Source of the DNA: Candidatus Sigynarchaeum calidifontis
GTDB taxonomy: Archaea > Asgardarchaeota > Lokiarchaeia > Sigyniarchaeales > Sigyniarchaeaceae
Length of the DNA: 60,421 bases
Direction of reading: 5' to 3'
NCBI GenBank assembly: GCA_030587475.2
Contig: JAUQYZ020000072.1
Span: forward strand, 1-60,421
Shown: positions 1 to 10,006 of the stretch, one piece after another
Position numbering within the stretch: the first letter of the stretch is position 1
How the letters are laid out: each line of letters starts with the position of its first letter
Program-made: the position numbers and the translations under genes
Notes under the pieces: model-generated
Seen by the model: only the letters and a program-made list of their open reading frames with translations
Database searches by the model: none
What the model was told of the DNA's origin: nothing

Positions 1-2484
1 CCGTCGTTGGAATCGCTCGTGCGGCAGCGAATGGCAGGCCAGCGCTTCTACCTGGAGGAATTCGGGTTCGTGTCCGAGATCGCCTGGGCCGATGACGTGT
101 TCGGCTTTCCCCACTGTTACCCCCAGATCCTTGCAAAATCCGGGGCCAAGTACTTCTACACGAACAAGTTTTGCTATAACGAGGTCAACAAGTTCCCTTA
201 CCACGCGATGCTGTGGAGATCGCCCGATGGCTCCCAGGTCTTGATGTACTGGATGCAGCACAAGAATGGTTGGGCGAAATGGCTGAAAACATTCAAGGAA
301 TTGTCGGTGTTGCTAAAGCCCGGGAAATCTGTCCAGTTGGACTACATGGCCGACCTTGATCAAGCACGCTCGTCATTTGCAGACGAGGTGCTGCCCGTCA
401 TCGGCAACATGTATGGCCATGGTGATGGGGGCAATGGGCCGAAACCGGCAGAGATCATCGAACAGCTCTGCTGGCACCGGCAGGGACATGCCAAGCTCGG
501 CACCACGGCCGAGCTGTTCTCGATGCTCGAGGCATTTCGGGACAGGTTGCCCGCCTGGAACGATGAGCTCTACCTGGAATGCCATCAAGGAACGCTGACC
601 TCCATCCACATGATCAAGGAGAACAACCGCACGGCCGAGGTGCTGCTCCGGGCTATAGAGTTCATGAACGTGCTTGGCGTGCTCGCGGGTTGCAAGGATC
701 ACCAGCCCGAGTTGCGGGAACTATGGAAAGTCTGCTTGTTCAACCAGTTCCACGACGTGCTGCCGGGCAGCTCGATACCGGAAGTCTACCGGGATGCCGC
801 GCGGGAATACCAGGGATTGTTCAAGAGGCTATACGAGATCCGCGAGGAAATCGCACGCGCGCTCGGCAGGGAACCAGACGGCACGAAATCCGCGACGCTT
901 ACCATCATAAACGACTTGTCGTGGACACGCGGCGGGGTCGTGACGGTTGGTATCGACTCGCTGCCCGGCGTGGATAAAGTAAAAGTCGGGCACCTCGCGT
1001 TCTCGGTCAAGGATAAGGAAGGCCGAGAGTACCCGTGCCAGACCGTGCCGTTTCCACACCACGCCGCGAACCGGGAGTTTTCCTCGGGACTTGGGAAGGT
1101 AACGGGTACGGATTACCAAAAGATCCTGGACGGGAAGGCGGATCTCGAAGCGTACGTTCACCCAACCGGCAATGCCTACTTGTGGATCCTTGTCCCGAAG
1201 GAAATGGAGATACCCGGCTTCAGCCAGCGCGAAATAGAAATATCCTGGAAGGAGCGCAACGATGGGGCGGAGATGGATGCTAATGCATCAACAAGGGAAG
1301 AGACCATCGACGATGAACCGATCCGGCTTGCGAACGACGCGATTTCGATCCGGATTGACAAGCGGGATGCAAGCATCGCCGTGGCATCGGCGATCGACAA
1401 AACGACCATCGTGAAGGGGGCGGGACTCGCGCTCTACGACGATCCTCGTTCCCGGTTCGACGCGTGGAACATCGATTCAACGTACTATGACCGTCCCGTG
1501 GCCCTCCCGCGCATCGAGTCCGCCGTCGTGGACATCGACGGCCCAGTGCTCAAGTCAGCCTTGCTGAAAGCACGCCCCTCTCCAGCAGGGACCACGTTAT
1601 ACCACCGTGTCTATATCATCGCCGGCCAACCGGTCATGTACCATGATATCCTCGTGGATTGGCAGGAGGATCACAAGTTGCTCAAGTACAAGGTCGATCC
1701 AGCATTCAACGCAGATGAAGTACGCTGTGGAACCCAAGTTGGTTCGATCCGGCGGGCGACCGTCCCGAAAAACCGTTTTACCGCCTACAAGGCGAGATAC
1801 GAGTATCCGATCCAGCAATGGTCTGCCGTCGAAGGTCAGATCGATGGCAAGGATGCAAGCGTTGTTCTTCTCAACCGCAACAAGTACGGCTTGTTCTGCC
1901 GGGGTGCCACGATGGAACTCTCCTTGTTGAAAGCTGCTGAGTTCGAGAAACACACGAGCGCCGCGACGCTCGACGCGGACGACCCCCGGCCACGCCTCAT
2001 CGACCGGGGCTTCTGGCGGCTCTCGGTCGCAATCTGGATCGGGCACGAACACGTGGACCGAGACGCTAGCTGGCGTGCGGGTGACGAGTTCAACACCCCC
2101 TTCTCAAGCCTCTGCGGCTCCACGCACGGCTCGATACCCTTTGGCATTGCCGGGAACGATGGATCCGTCAGCATCACCGCCGTGAAGGTGCTGGACGACG
2201 CGCCAGGCGGCGTCAATCCGCACCCGGAATGGTTCTTGCAAGCCCCAGATGGCAAGCCATGGATCGTCTTCCGGCTCGCGGAGCAAGAAGGATGTGAAGG
2301 CCGCGTGAAGATCACCTTCGATCCATCAATCGAAGTGGCGGGATGTGCCGATATAGACTTGCTCGAGCGCGTCCAAGGGGAAAATAATGGTTTCGAGCCA
2401 GGGAAATCGGAAAACGAATTGGTGATTGCCGTGAAACCGCACGAGGTGAAGACGGTCGCGGTACGGGTGAAGAAAAGGAGCTAA
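1..2484 (+). CDS. Alpha-mannosidase, glycoside hydrolase family 38 (5'-truncated by window edge)
   Basis: Frame open from base 1; GH38 motifs W-x-x-D-x-FG, YGHGDGGNGP, ELYLECHQGT, NQFHDVLPGSSI. Confidence 0.9.
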   Translation, partial: PSLESLVRQRMAGQRFYLEEFGFVSEIAWADDVFGFPHCYPQILAKSGAKYFYTNKFCYNEVNKFPYHAMLWRSPDGSQVLMYWMQHKNGWAKWLKTFKELSVLLKPGKSVQLDYMADLDQARSSFADEVLPVIGNMYGHGDGGNGPKPAEIIEQLCWHRQGHAKLGTTAELFSMLEAFRDRLPAWNDELYLECHQGTLTSIHMIKENNRTAEVLLRAIEFMNVLGVLAGCKDHQPELRELWKVCLFNQFHDVLPGSSIPEVYRDAAREYQGLFKRLYEIREEIARALGREPDGTKSATLTIINDLSWTRGGVVTVGIDSLPGVDKVKVGHLAFSVKDKEGREYPCQTVPFPHHAANREFSSGLGKVTGTDYQKILDGKADLEAYVHPTGNAYLWILVPKEMEIPGFSQREIEISWKERNDGAEMDANASTREETIDDEPIRLANDAISIRIDKRDASIAVASAIDKTTIVKGAGLALYDDPRSRFDAWNIDSTYYDRPVALPRIESAVVDIDGPVLKSALLKARPSPAGTTLYHRVYIIAGQPVMYHDILVDWQEDHKLLKYKVDPAFNADEVRCGTQVGSIRRATVPKNRFTAYKARYEYPIQQWSAVEGQIDGKDASVVLLNRNKYGLFCRGATMELSLLKAAEFEKHTSAATLDADDPRPRLIDRGFWRLSVAIWIGHEHVDRDASWRAGDEFNTPFSSLCGSTHGSIPFGIAGNDGSVSITAVKVLDDAPGGVNPHPEWFLQAPDGKPWIVFRLAEQEGCEGRVKITFDPSIEVAGCADIDLLERVQGENNGFEPGKSENELVIAVKPHEVKTVAVRVKKRS

Positions 2485-2501
2485 AGGCCATCTAGGCTCT
2501 T

Positions 2502-3812
2502 TTATTCCGATGATAGCAGCATTCCTTGAGATTTTCTTGAAAAGGTCTCCTTGACACGGAAAAACAACGGAAACGAACCCAACGCCCATATCCCCGCGGG
2601 GAGGAAGACCCACGCGATGCCGAACGTCTCGTAGATCGACGCACCGATTAGCACCCCCGGCACCTGGCATGCGCTGAAAACAAGGTTCAAAATGCCGAGG
2701 AAAGACGTCCGCTTGTCCTCGGGCAAGAGATCGTTGCTCCATGCGTTGGTGGTCGTCGTGTAGCCTTGCCACGTGAAAAGGGCAGGTACCATGAATCCGA
2801 CGATCCACCCGATGCCGAGATGGAATCCCGCGGCAAATGCTGCCCCGACGAACGTGAACCCGTTGATGACGACAAGGATGATGGTAATGCGCTTGCGGCC
2901 GAATAAATCGCAACATTTTCCAAACACCACGTTTCCGGCGATCATGGCGGCCACGTAGGAGAGCAGAAAGATGATGATCTCGCCCAGCGAGAACCCGAAG
3001 GTTGCGATGAACGTCACGATGTATGGAGCGATGATCCGAACCGAAACGCCAAGAACGAAATATGCCGTGAAGAACCGGGAGAATTTGCCATTTTCGCGCA
3101 ATGCTTGAATGTTCAACGTTCCTCGCAATGCCTGCCGGAATCTCGCCGGCTGGTAGCTCGCGGGTTGTTCCTTCACCGTGATGGCATAAACCATGGCAGA
3201 TGCAAGGATGACAAAGGCACTCACGACAGCGATCCAGAATTGCACCCATTCCGGCAGGAATTCGATCCTTGCAAAGAGATCACCGCCTGAACCGCTCACG
3301 TCGAGGAGCAAGAACGCGACCATGAGGATCGCGAAAAGGACGAAGCCAAGCCCGAAGAACGCGTTGGCAATGCCGTTGACCTTTCCGCGCTCGCCAATGG
3401 GCACGTTCTCGGCGATGATCACCCGCTGCCCCGTGTAAAACGCGTTTGACGCAAAGGCGATGACGAAGCCATCGATGATATAGCATGCCCAGAAGTTTTT
3501 TGTTGCGATGAACAAGATCATGAACACGGAGCAACCGATGCCACCCCATAGAATGAACGGTTTCCGCCGGTTGGCCTGGTTCTTCCAGTTATCGCTGAGC
3601 ACGCCGAAGAGGATCGACGTGATCGATCCCATGACCGCCGATGTCGACACCATGAGCGTCAGGTGCCATGCTGATGCACCAAGCACCTGCAGCACATGCT
3701 GGTTGAACACCTGGCTTTCCACCGCGCCGAACATGCTCGCAGCTAGAAACATGGATGCCGCGTTGAGAAGGATGACTTTACCACGGTTGATGGTCAAGAA
3801 TGGTTCACGCAT
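2502..3812 (-). CDS. MFS transporter (sugar/glycoside-type)
   Basis: About 12 hydrophobic segments; G-x-LSD...RRKPF and G-x-x-x-D-x-FGRK loop motifs. Confidence 0.85.
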   Translation of the reverse strand: MREPFLTINRGKVILLNAASMFLAASMFGAVESQVFNQHVLQVLGASAWHLTLMVSTSAVMGSITSILFGVLSDNWKNQANRRKPFILWGGIGCSVFMILFIATKNFWACYIIDGFVIAFASNAFYTGQRVIIAENVPIGERGKVNGIANAFFGLGFVLFAILMVAFLLLDVSGSGGDLFARIEFLPEWVQFWIAVVSAFVILASAMVYAITVKEQPASYQPARFRQALRGTLNIQALRENGKFSRFFTAYFVLGVSVRIIAPYIVTFIATFGFSLGEIIIFLLSYVAAMIAGNVVFGKCCDLFGRKRITIILVVINGFTFVGAAFAAGFHLGIGWIVGFMVPALFTWQGYTTTTNAWSNDLLPEDKRTSFLGILNLVFSACQVPGVLIGASIYETFGIAWVFLPAGIWALGSFPLFFRVKETFSRKSQGMLLSSE

Positions 3813-3857
3813 ATTTTTTTAATAAGAAGAATAACGGGGTGTAAAAGGGTAATGAAT

Positions 3858-4628
3858 TCACGACGGCGATTTCTTGGCAACTCGTCGCTCGCGCTTGTTA
3901 GCGATGCTGTTCGAGATGAACAAGACTGCGGCGAGCACGCCCAGGATTAAGACCCCAAAGATCCAACCGAACGATTCGTTCATCGCGACGAAGTCCGGGT
4001 TTTTCGGATTCGTGAGGAAAGGGTACTGGTTCCGTTCTAAATAGGTGCTCTTGTTCATGAGAGTTCCTGGTTCCCAGATGCTCCTTCCAATGATAGCGAG
4101 CGCCTCGTCGTCGAAATACAGCTCCGGCGACTCGGCGACCATGGAGAACATGTTATCGATCCGGTGGATCCCAAAATGGAACATGTAAAACGTCCCGACA
4201 TCGTGGGCATGGCCCACCACGGCCCCGCGCTTGACCAAGGCGCCCACGACAACGCTTGGCGGGATGGTGATCACCTCGTCATAGGAGATCAATATAAACG
4301 GGTAACCCACGGGAACGGTGGTCACGATCTTGGTACTTGCGTGGGAAGGATTGTCCATGATCGATAGCACGACCGCATCCACGGCAGCAAGAACTGGCCC
4401 GCTGAAATTCCACGAGAAATCGATGCCCGGATGGCCTTCCGGGTGCCCTCCACCCTGAACCGCGAACGGCCAGATCAGGTAGGACGTGCCCGAGTAGTCC
4501 AAGTCGGACGGGTTGACGGGTAGGCCGATGCTCGGCCGCGGCCATTCTATCACGATGATGTTACCGACGAGGAGAAAAAACGCCCAGAACAGGATATAAT
4601 TCCTGAAGAGTTTCGTTCTTATTCGCAT
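3858..4628 (-). CDS. Membrane-anchored M23 peptidase-like protein
   Basis: HPGID (HxxxD) followed by PVLAAVDAVV, VGALVKRGAVVG and MFHFGI; N- and C-terminal transmembrane helices. Confidence 0.6.
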   Translation of the reverse strand: MRIRTKLFRNYILFWAFFLLVGNIIVIEWPRPSIGLPVNPSDLDYSGTSYLIWPFAVQGGGHPEGHPGIDFSWNFSGPVLAAVDAVVLSIMDNPSHASTKIVTTVPVGYPFILISYDEVITIPPSVVVGALVKRGAVVGHAHDVGTFYMFHFGIHRIDNMFSMVAESPELYFDDEALAIIGRSIWEPGTLMNKSTYLERNQYPFLTNPKNPDFVAMNESFGWIFGVLILGVLAAVLFISNSIANKRERRVAKKSPS

Positions 4629-4890
4629 ATGTTGAGCCCCGTGAACACGACATTAAAGCTTGATGACTTACCCGTGATCTCCACTATGCTCCCTCAATTC
4701 GATACCGTTTTTCCTGGCATAATACCATCGAATGCCGCGGGACATTCCATTATTGGCGGGAGGGAGGTTTCCTCGTTCAGGATCGCCTCTTGATCTAGCT
4801 AGCGAGAACTGCATTCCGTATCGACTAGATCCATTTTCAAGATGCCACGTAATAAAGGTATAGAGGGCCGTATCCAGGAGGCACCATTTC

Positions 4891-5310
4891 TCAGAGGCTT
4901 TTCGCGAACGCCTTAACACGTCTTTCGATCTCGTCGCGCACCTTGCGGATGAAATCGATGTCCTTCCCTTTCGTGTCCTCGAATCCCCAGTCTTCGACGA
5001 TCAATCCCTTCGCGAGCGGGAACGGGCAAGAATCGAGCACGCCGCAACCCATCGAGATGAAATGCGTCGCGCCCGCGAGCATCTTGGTCGTGAGCAGTTT
5101 TGGCTTCTGGCCGGAGATGTCGATGCCAATCTCCGCCATGGCGGCGACCGTGGTGGGATCAATCTTGGCCGCTGGCTTCGTACCGGCTGAAACGATTGGC
5201 GTGCCATGTGGAAAGTACTTCCTGGCAAAGGCCTCGGCCATCTGGCTCCGGCTCGAGTTCCCGACGCACGCGAAAATGATCGATGGTTGTTTCTTGGTCA
5301 AGATCATCAC
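4891..5310 (-). CDS. arsC: Arsenate reductase, LMW-PTP fold (thioredoxin-coupled type)
   Basis: P-loop CVGNSSRSQMAE and redox cysteine pair GCGVLDSCP; lies directly downstream of acr3. Confidence 0.9.
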   Translation of the reverse strand: MMILTKKQPSIIFACVGNSSRSQMAEAFARKYFPHGTPIVSAGTKPAAKIDPTTVAAMAEIGIDISGQKPKLLTTKMLAGATHFISMGCGVLDSCPFPLAKGLIVEDWGFEDTKGKDIDFIRKVRDEIERRVKAFAKSL

Positions 5311-5328
5311 CCGGGAAATACTGCAGTG

Positions 5329-6444
5329 CTATCTAGGAGTGTCATCGCTCGGGAGCCAGAACTGCTTTTTGCCGAGCCATTTTCCAAGATACACGAGGGA
5401 TAGCATCACCGGGACTTCCCAGAAGAGCCCCATGGTCGTGCCGAGCGCGGCAACGGATCCGACACCATAGAGTGTAACAGCAGAGGCGATGGCGATCTCG
5501 AAATGGCTCGACGAGCCGATGATGACCGTGATGATGGCTTCCCGGTACTTGAATTTCAAGAGTCGAGTGACGAGCATGTTGAGCCCGACGACGATGACGA
5601 AGCTGAGCAATAAGGGCCCCGATACATATAACAAGTATACGGGATTGTTTAAAAGCATGTCACCGTTCATCGCGAAGAGAACGACAAGGGTACCGAGTAA
5701 TGCCAGCATAGCGATTTTCCCGACCTTTTCCTTGTACACGTCATTGAACCAGGTCTCTCCCTTTCGCTCGATGATGTATTTCTTGCTGAAATATCCGACG
5801 ATGATAGGTAACCCGATGAAAACACCGGCGCTGACAAGCAGCGAGACCCAGTCTATCACGATGACATTGGGGAAGACGATGTTCTGGAGCCCGGTGAGCA
5901 AGACCACGACGGGCGCGTACAAGAAGATGATGGTCACCGTGTTGATGCTAGTATTCACCACGTTCTGTTCTTGATTCCCTCCAGCGAGATATCCCCACAC
6001 GAGAACCATCGCGGTGCAAGGGCTGGCATGGAGCAAGATGACTGCCACGATGAGTTCACGAGCATCCTCCGCCGGGGTGATGCCGCTCAGCAGCGCGCCG
6101 GCCAGGAACGTGCCAACCAATGGGGCCAGGATCCAGTTCGACATGAGAGTGACGATGATCGGCGCGGGATTCTTGCGTAATTTCCTCAATTCCGATGCCT
6201 TGAGGTTCATCACGGCGGGGTACATCATCAAGAACAAGCAGATGCCGATCGGGATCGATACTTGTCCAATTTTCAGCGAGTCGATCACTGCACCGATCCC
6301 GGGAAGTATTTGTGAAATGGCGAGACCAAGGACTATGCAAAGGCCAATCCAGAGGACGAGGAATTTCTCGAACTTGCTCAAGCCTTTATTTTTTTCTGGC
6401 AGGCTGGTTGTTTCTTTACTTTCTTGGTTCAATGGTATGTTCAC
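5329..6444 (-). CDS. acr3: ACR3 family arsenite efflux transporter
   Basis: MMYP, NW-x-x-x-P, PCTAMVLVW, SSHFEIAIA and EVPVML motifs; about 10 TM helices. Confidence 0.93.
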   Translation of the reverse strand: MNIPLNQESKETTSLPEKNKGLSKFEKFLVLWIGLCIVLGLAISQILPGIGAVIDSLKIGQVSIPIGICLFLMMYPAVMNLKASELRKLRKNPAPIIVTLMSNWILAPLVGTFLAGALLSGITPAEDARELIVAVILLHASPCTAMVLVWGYLAGGNQEQNVVNTSINTVTIIFLYAPVVVLLTGLQNIVFPNVIVIDWVSLLVSAGVFIGLPIIVGYFSKKYIIERKGETWFNDVYKEKVGKIAMLALLGTLVVLFAMNGDMLLNNPVYLLYVSGPLLLSFVIVVGLNMLVTRLLKFKYREAIITVIIGSSSHFEIAIASAVTLYGVGSVAALGTTMGLFWEVPVMLSLVYLGKWLGKKQFWLPSDDTPR

Positions 6445-6473
6445 CTAGAATGATATCGACACAAATCACGATG

Positions 6474-6491
6474 TATTGAATATTTTCGATA
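6474..6491. promoter_or_regulatory. Candidate ArsR operator (imperfect palindrome TATTGAA-TATT-TTCGATA)
   Basis: 7-bp arms with 1 mismatch in the AT-rich gap between divergent acr3 and arsR. Confidence 0.45.
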
Positions 6492-6548
6492 TGTAAATAT
6501 TTATCTCCTTATTTTGATATCTCATTAAAGCTGAACCGCGATGTGGCC

Positions 6549-6968
6549 ATGGAGAACCCGAACCGAAAAGCGCGCATCATCGAAACCCTCTCCAAGTGCG
6601 AAGGTTTCGGCGATCCAGAATCGTATTACGTCACTTTATTGGAATTGCGGAATTCATTTATCAAGGACGAGAACAAGCAGTTTTTCTGCCAGGTGCTCGA
6701 AGCCCTCGGCAGCGATGATAGGCTCCTGATCCTGGACTCTCTCAAGCAAAAGGATCGCTGCGTTTGCGAGCTCGAGGCCATTTTAGACAAGGCACAGCCT
6801 TCCGTGTCGCACCACATCAAGGTGCTCGAGGACGCGGGCTTGATCAAGGGCTGGAAAAAGGGAAAATTCACCCACTACTCGCTCGTGAAGCGCACGTTCG
6901 ACCGCCTCGCGACCTTCCTGGGTCAATGGCTCGGGGAAGTCGATAACTGGTTCGGGAACAAGGAATAA
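6549..6968 (+). CDS. arsR: ArsR/SmtB family transcriptional repressor
   Basis: CVCEL metalloid-binding motif, SHHIKVLEDAGLI winged helix; divergent from acr3-arsC. Alternative GTG start at 6543. Confidence 0.9.
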   Translation: MENPNRKARIIETLSKCEGFGDPESYYVTLLELRNSFIKDENKQFFCQVLEALGSDDRLLILDSLKQKDRCVCELEAILDKAQPSVSHHIKVLEDAGLIKGWKKGKFTHYSLVKRTFDRLATFLGQWLGEVDNWFGNKE

Positions 6969-7047
6969 CGCCTTTTTTCTCATCAACCGCAAGGATAATA
7001 TCCACAATAAAAAATGACTACCTAATGAATGAAAAAACCGATTTGAA

Positions 7048-7473
7048 ATGTTAACGCGATTGGCAGTCATCGATGCACAGCGCTGCGTTGGTTGTGCTTT
7101 ATGCGAGATGGCGTGCTCCCGCCGCCAAAACGTCGTGGGTTTAGAAAGCTCTTGCATCGGCGTTCAATCAGCCGGGGGGATGGAACACGGCTTCACCGTG
7201 ATCGTGTGCAGGGCTTGCGATGACCCGCCATGCGCCAAGACTTGCCCCGTCGATGCACTGGTTGTGAGGAAAGGAGGTGGTGTTATCCTCAAGAAAGAGA
7301 AATGCATCGGTTGCAAGACATGCGTGGCGAATTGCATTCTCAAGGCTATATTCTGGGATGATGACCAGCAGAAACCCCTCATCTGCATACATTGCGGGCT
7401 CTGTGCTAAATCTTGCCCCCATGGCGTGCTCGCGCTCGAGCAGAAGAAAGAAGAGGCGACGAAAGATGCTTAA
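7048..7473 (+). CDS. Polyferredoxin (four 4Fe-4S motifs), probable small subunit of the AOR
   Basis: CxxCxxCxxxC-type motifs (CVGCALCEMAC, CRACDDPPCAKTCP, CIGCKTCVANC, CIHCGLCAKSCP); overlaps the AOR start. Confidence 0.9.
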   Translation: MLTRLAVIDAQRCVGCALCEMACSRRQNVVGLESSCIGVQSAGGMEHGFTVIVCRACDDPPCAKTCPVDALVVRKGGGVILKKEKCIGCKTCVANCILKAIFWDDDQQKPLICIHCGLCAKSCPHGVLALEQKKEEATKDA

Positions 7474-9223
7474 AGATGATCCTATCGCCAATGTCTTGCG
7501 TGTAGATCTCGAGCATAAGAGTTACAGGATCGAGCGCCAGGACGACTTGTTCGACAAGTACATCGGCGGCACCGGGGTTGCGACGCGGTTGCTCCTAGAC
7601 GAGTGCCCCAAGGGTTGCGACCCGCTCGCCCCCGGGAATCCCATCATTTTCACCATAGGCCCATTGACTGGCGCATACCCGCTGGCGTCCAAGACGGTCG
7701 CGATGTTCAAATCACCCCTCACGGGCGACCTGGGCGAAAGCCACGCCGGCGGTCGCAGCGCCGTGGCCATCCGGAACGCGGGGTATGGTGCCATCGTCAT
7801 CACGGGCAAGTCCGAGATCCCGGTCTACCTGTCCATTCAAGGCCACAAGGTCTACTTTCGCAATGCCACGACGATTTGGGGCATGAGCACCTCGTCCACG
7901 GTCGGTAAGATCATCAGGGCGGCGGAACCCGGCTCGGGGTCGCGCACGATCATGCGCATCGGGCAGGCTGGCGAGCGACTCGTGCGATACGCGTCGGTGA
8001 CCACGGAAACCTATCGCCATTTCGGACGCCTTGGATTGGGGGCCGTGTTCGGTAGTAAAAATCTCAAGGCTGTCGTGATCTCTGGCAAGGGAAAGTATCC
8101 AGTCACTAATTTCAAGGAATACCGCAAGCTCTACGATGAATTATACCAGGCTGCCACGAAATCCGCCCTCATGAAAAAATACCATGACCTCGGTACCTCC
8201 ATTAACGTGAACGTGCTGAACGGGATCGGCGCGCTGCCGACACGTAATATCGCGGCGGGAAAATTCGAGCATGCAAAGACGCTCTCGGGAGAATATCTCG
8301 CGGAAAACTATCTCGGCCGGCGTCTCGCTTGTACGGGATGCCCGGTGGCGTGCATCCACATCGCGAATCTCCGTGAACCGTATGAAGAGGAACCCTATTT
8401 TTTCAAGACAACGGCAGTCTCTTACGACCACGAGCTCATCTTCGCGGCCGGGTCGATGCTCGGCATCGGGAACACCGAGCAATTCCTCAAGCTATGCGAT
8501 GCAATTGACAAAGTTGGCCTCGACGTGATATCAACGGGCGTGACCATGGCCTGGGCAACCGAGGCGTTCAAGAAGGGCTTGATCACGGAGACACAGACCG
8601 CGGGCATCAAGCCAGAGTGGGGAGACCATGTCGCGTACATCATGATGGCGAGGAACATCGTCGACCAACCAAACGAGTTTTACCAGGACCTCAGCAGGGG
8701 TGTTTACTTCGCATCGAGGAAGTACGGGGGGAAGGAGTTCGCCATGTCTTTCGGTAAAAACGAGATGGCAGGGTACCACACGGGACCTGCCGCCTACATC
8801 GGGTTTGCGATCGGCGCCCGTCACAGCCACCTCGACAACGCCGGGTACAACGTCGACCAGAAAACGCTGATGGAGAAAGAAGTCCCGCCGGAGACCGTCG
8901 TCGACCAGCTTGTCAAGGAGGAGCAATGGCGACAAATATTATCAAGCCTCACTATCTGTTTCTTCGCCAGGGCAATGTACACGCCGGAGATCGTCGTGCG
9001 TGCCTTAAAACTGAGTGGCATCGATTTTAACGAGACAGATCTCGACCGTGTTGGCGATGAGATATACCGGAACAAGTTCGCATATAAATTTCGCGAAGGG
9101 TTTAGTATCGACCCCTCGGAACTGCCAAAACGCATCTACGAGACGCCGAGTCCCGTCGCATATCTTTCAGAGGAGTACGTCAAGAAGGCGCTCGATTACT
9201 TCACGCGTACTATCAAGAAATAA
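7466..9223 (+). CDS. Tungsten-containing aldehyde:ferredoxin oxidoreductase family protein
   Basis: KSPLTG...ESHAGG, GRLGLGAVFGSKNLKAV, CTGCPVAC, DKVGLD. ATG at 7466 chosen over the ORF-track start at 7277. Confidence 0.9.
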   Translation: MLKDDPIANVLRVDLEHKSYRIERQDDLFDKYIGGTGVATRLLLDECPKGCDPLAPGNPIIFTIGPLTGAYPLASKTVAMFKSPLTGDLGESHAGGRSAVAIRNAGYGAIVITGKSEIPVYLSIQGHKVYFRNATTIWGMSTSSTVGKIIRAAEPGSGSRTIMRIGQAGERLVRYASVTTETYRHFGRLGLGAVFGSKNLKAVVISGKGKYPVTNFKEYRKLYDELYQAATKSALMKKYHDLGTSINVNVLNGIGALPTRNIAAGKFEHAKTLSGEYLAENYLGRRLACTGCPVACIHIANLREPYEEEPYFFKTTAVSYDHELIFAAGSMLGIGNTEQFLKLCDAIDKVGLDVISTGVTMAWATEAFKKGLITETQTAGIKPEWGDHVAYIMMARNIVDQPNEFYQDLSRGVYFASRKYGGKEFAMSFGKNEMAGYHTGPAAYIGFAIGARHSHLDNAGYNVDQKTLMEKEVPPETVVDQLVKEEQWRQILSSLTICFFARAMYTPEIVVRALKLSGIDFNETDLDRVGDEIYRNKFAYKFREGFSIDPSELPKRIYETPSPVAYLSEEYVKKALDYFTRTIKK

Positions 9224-9237
9224 AAAACACCATCTTT

Positions 9238-9969
9238 TCACGGGTTCTTCCTGGGCAATGATCGACGGACGATCTTGACCAACTCTGCTGTCTTCATTAC
9301 GTCGCAGTAGAGCAGCTCGAGGGAACGCAAGGACGCCGCGTGCACGGCTGGGGACCACGCAGCGCAAGCATCGTCGACGACCACGACGCGGAAGCCGAGA
9401 TCAGCTGCGATACGTGCCGCGCTCTCCACGCACATGTTCGTAACAACTCCGCAAATAACGAGAGTGGATACGTGTAAATTCCGCAACAAGTGATCGAGAT
9501 CGGTCGAAGTGAAGGCGCAGCTCGTCGTCTTAAGGAGGACAATCTCCCCATCTTCTATCCGGGGCGCCAGCTCGGGAAGGATCTCGGACGTCGGGTTGAA
9601 CATGGAGGGAAACAAGGCCTCGCCAGTCGTTTTTTCTGCCAGGCTGTTGAACATCTGGATGTTCGGCGGGTAGTCCTTGAGGTCGGGCCGGTTGGAGGCA
9701 TACCGCGTGAACAATACGGGCAGACGGGCCTCGCGGAACACGCCGAGCAGCGCCGCGATTGATGGAACGACGACGTCCTTCACGCGCTGTGCAAAATAAT
9801 CGAGCACGCCGGGCGCGAACGTCCCGAAAAATTTGGCAATGGCCCCGTCGCCGCTCACCTGGTACCCTTGCATGTCGATCACGAGCAACGCGCTGTGGGT
9901 TATGTCGAGCGGCGCGCGTATCCCGCGCTTGGCAGAGAGAAACGCATCTATCTTTGCTTCTGGCTCCAT
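9238..9969 (-). CDS. Isochorismatase-family cysteine hydrolase
   Basis: ALLVIDMQ, K-x-x-x-x-AF, GVVTNMCVESAAR: D-K-C catalytic triad. Confidence 0.9.
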   Translation of the reverse strand: MEPEAKIDAFLSAKRGIRAPLDITHSALLVIDMQGYQVSGDGAIAKFFGTFAPGVLDYFAQRVKDVVVPSIAALLGVFREARLPVLFTRYASNRPDLKDYPPNIQMFNSLAEKTTGEALFPSMFNPTSEILPELAPRIEDGEIVLLKTTSCAFTSTDLDHLLRNLHVSTLVICGVVTNMCVESAARIAADLGFRVVVVDDACAAWSPAVHAASLRSLELLYCDVMKTAELVKIVRRSLPRKNP

Positions 9970-10006
9970 GAATCGATCCTTGGTCGACTATCTATTTTAA
10001 TGCACG

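Noticed and set aside
4668-4919. 83-aa minus-strand ORF after arsC
   Set aside because: Overlaps the arsC end, has no recognisable motif and atypical composition.
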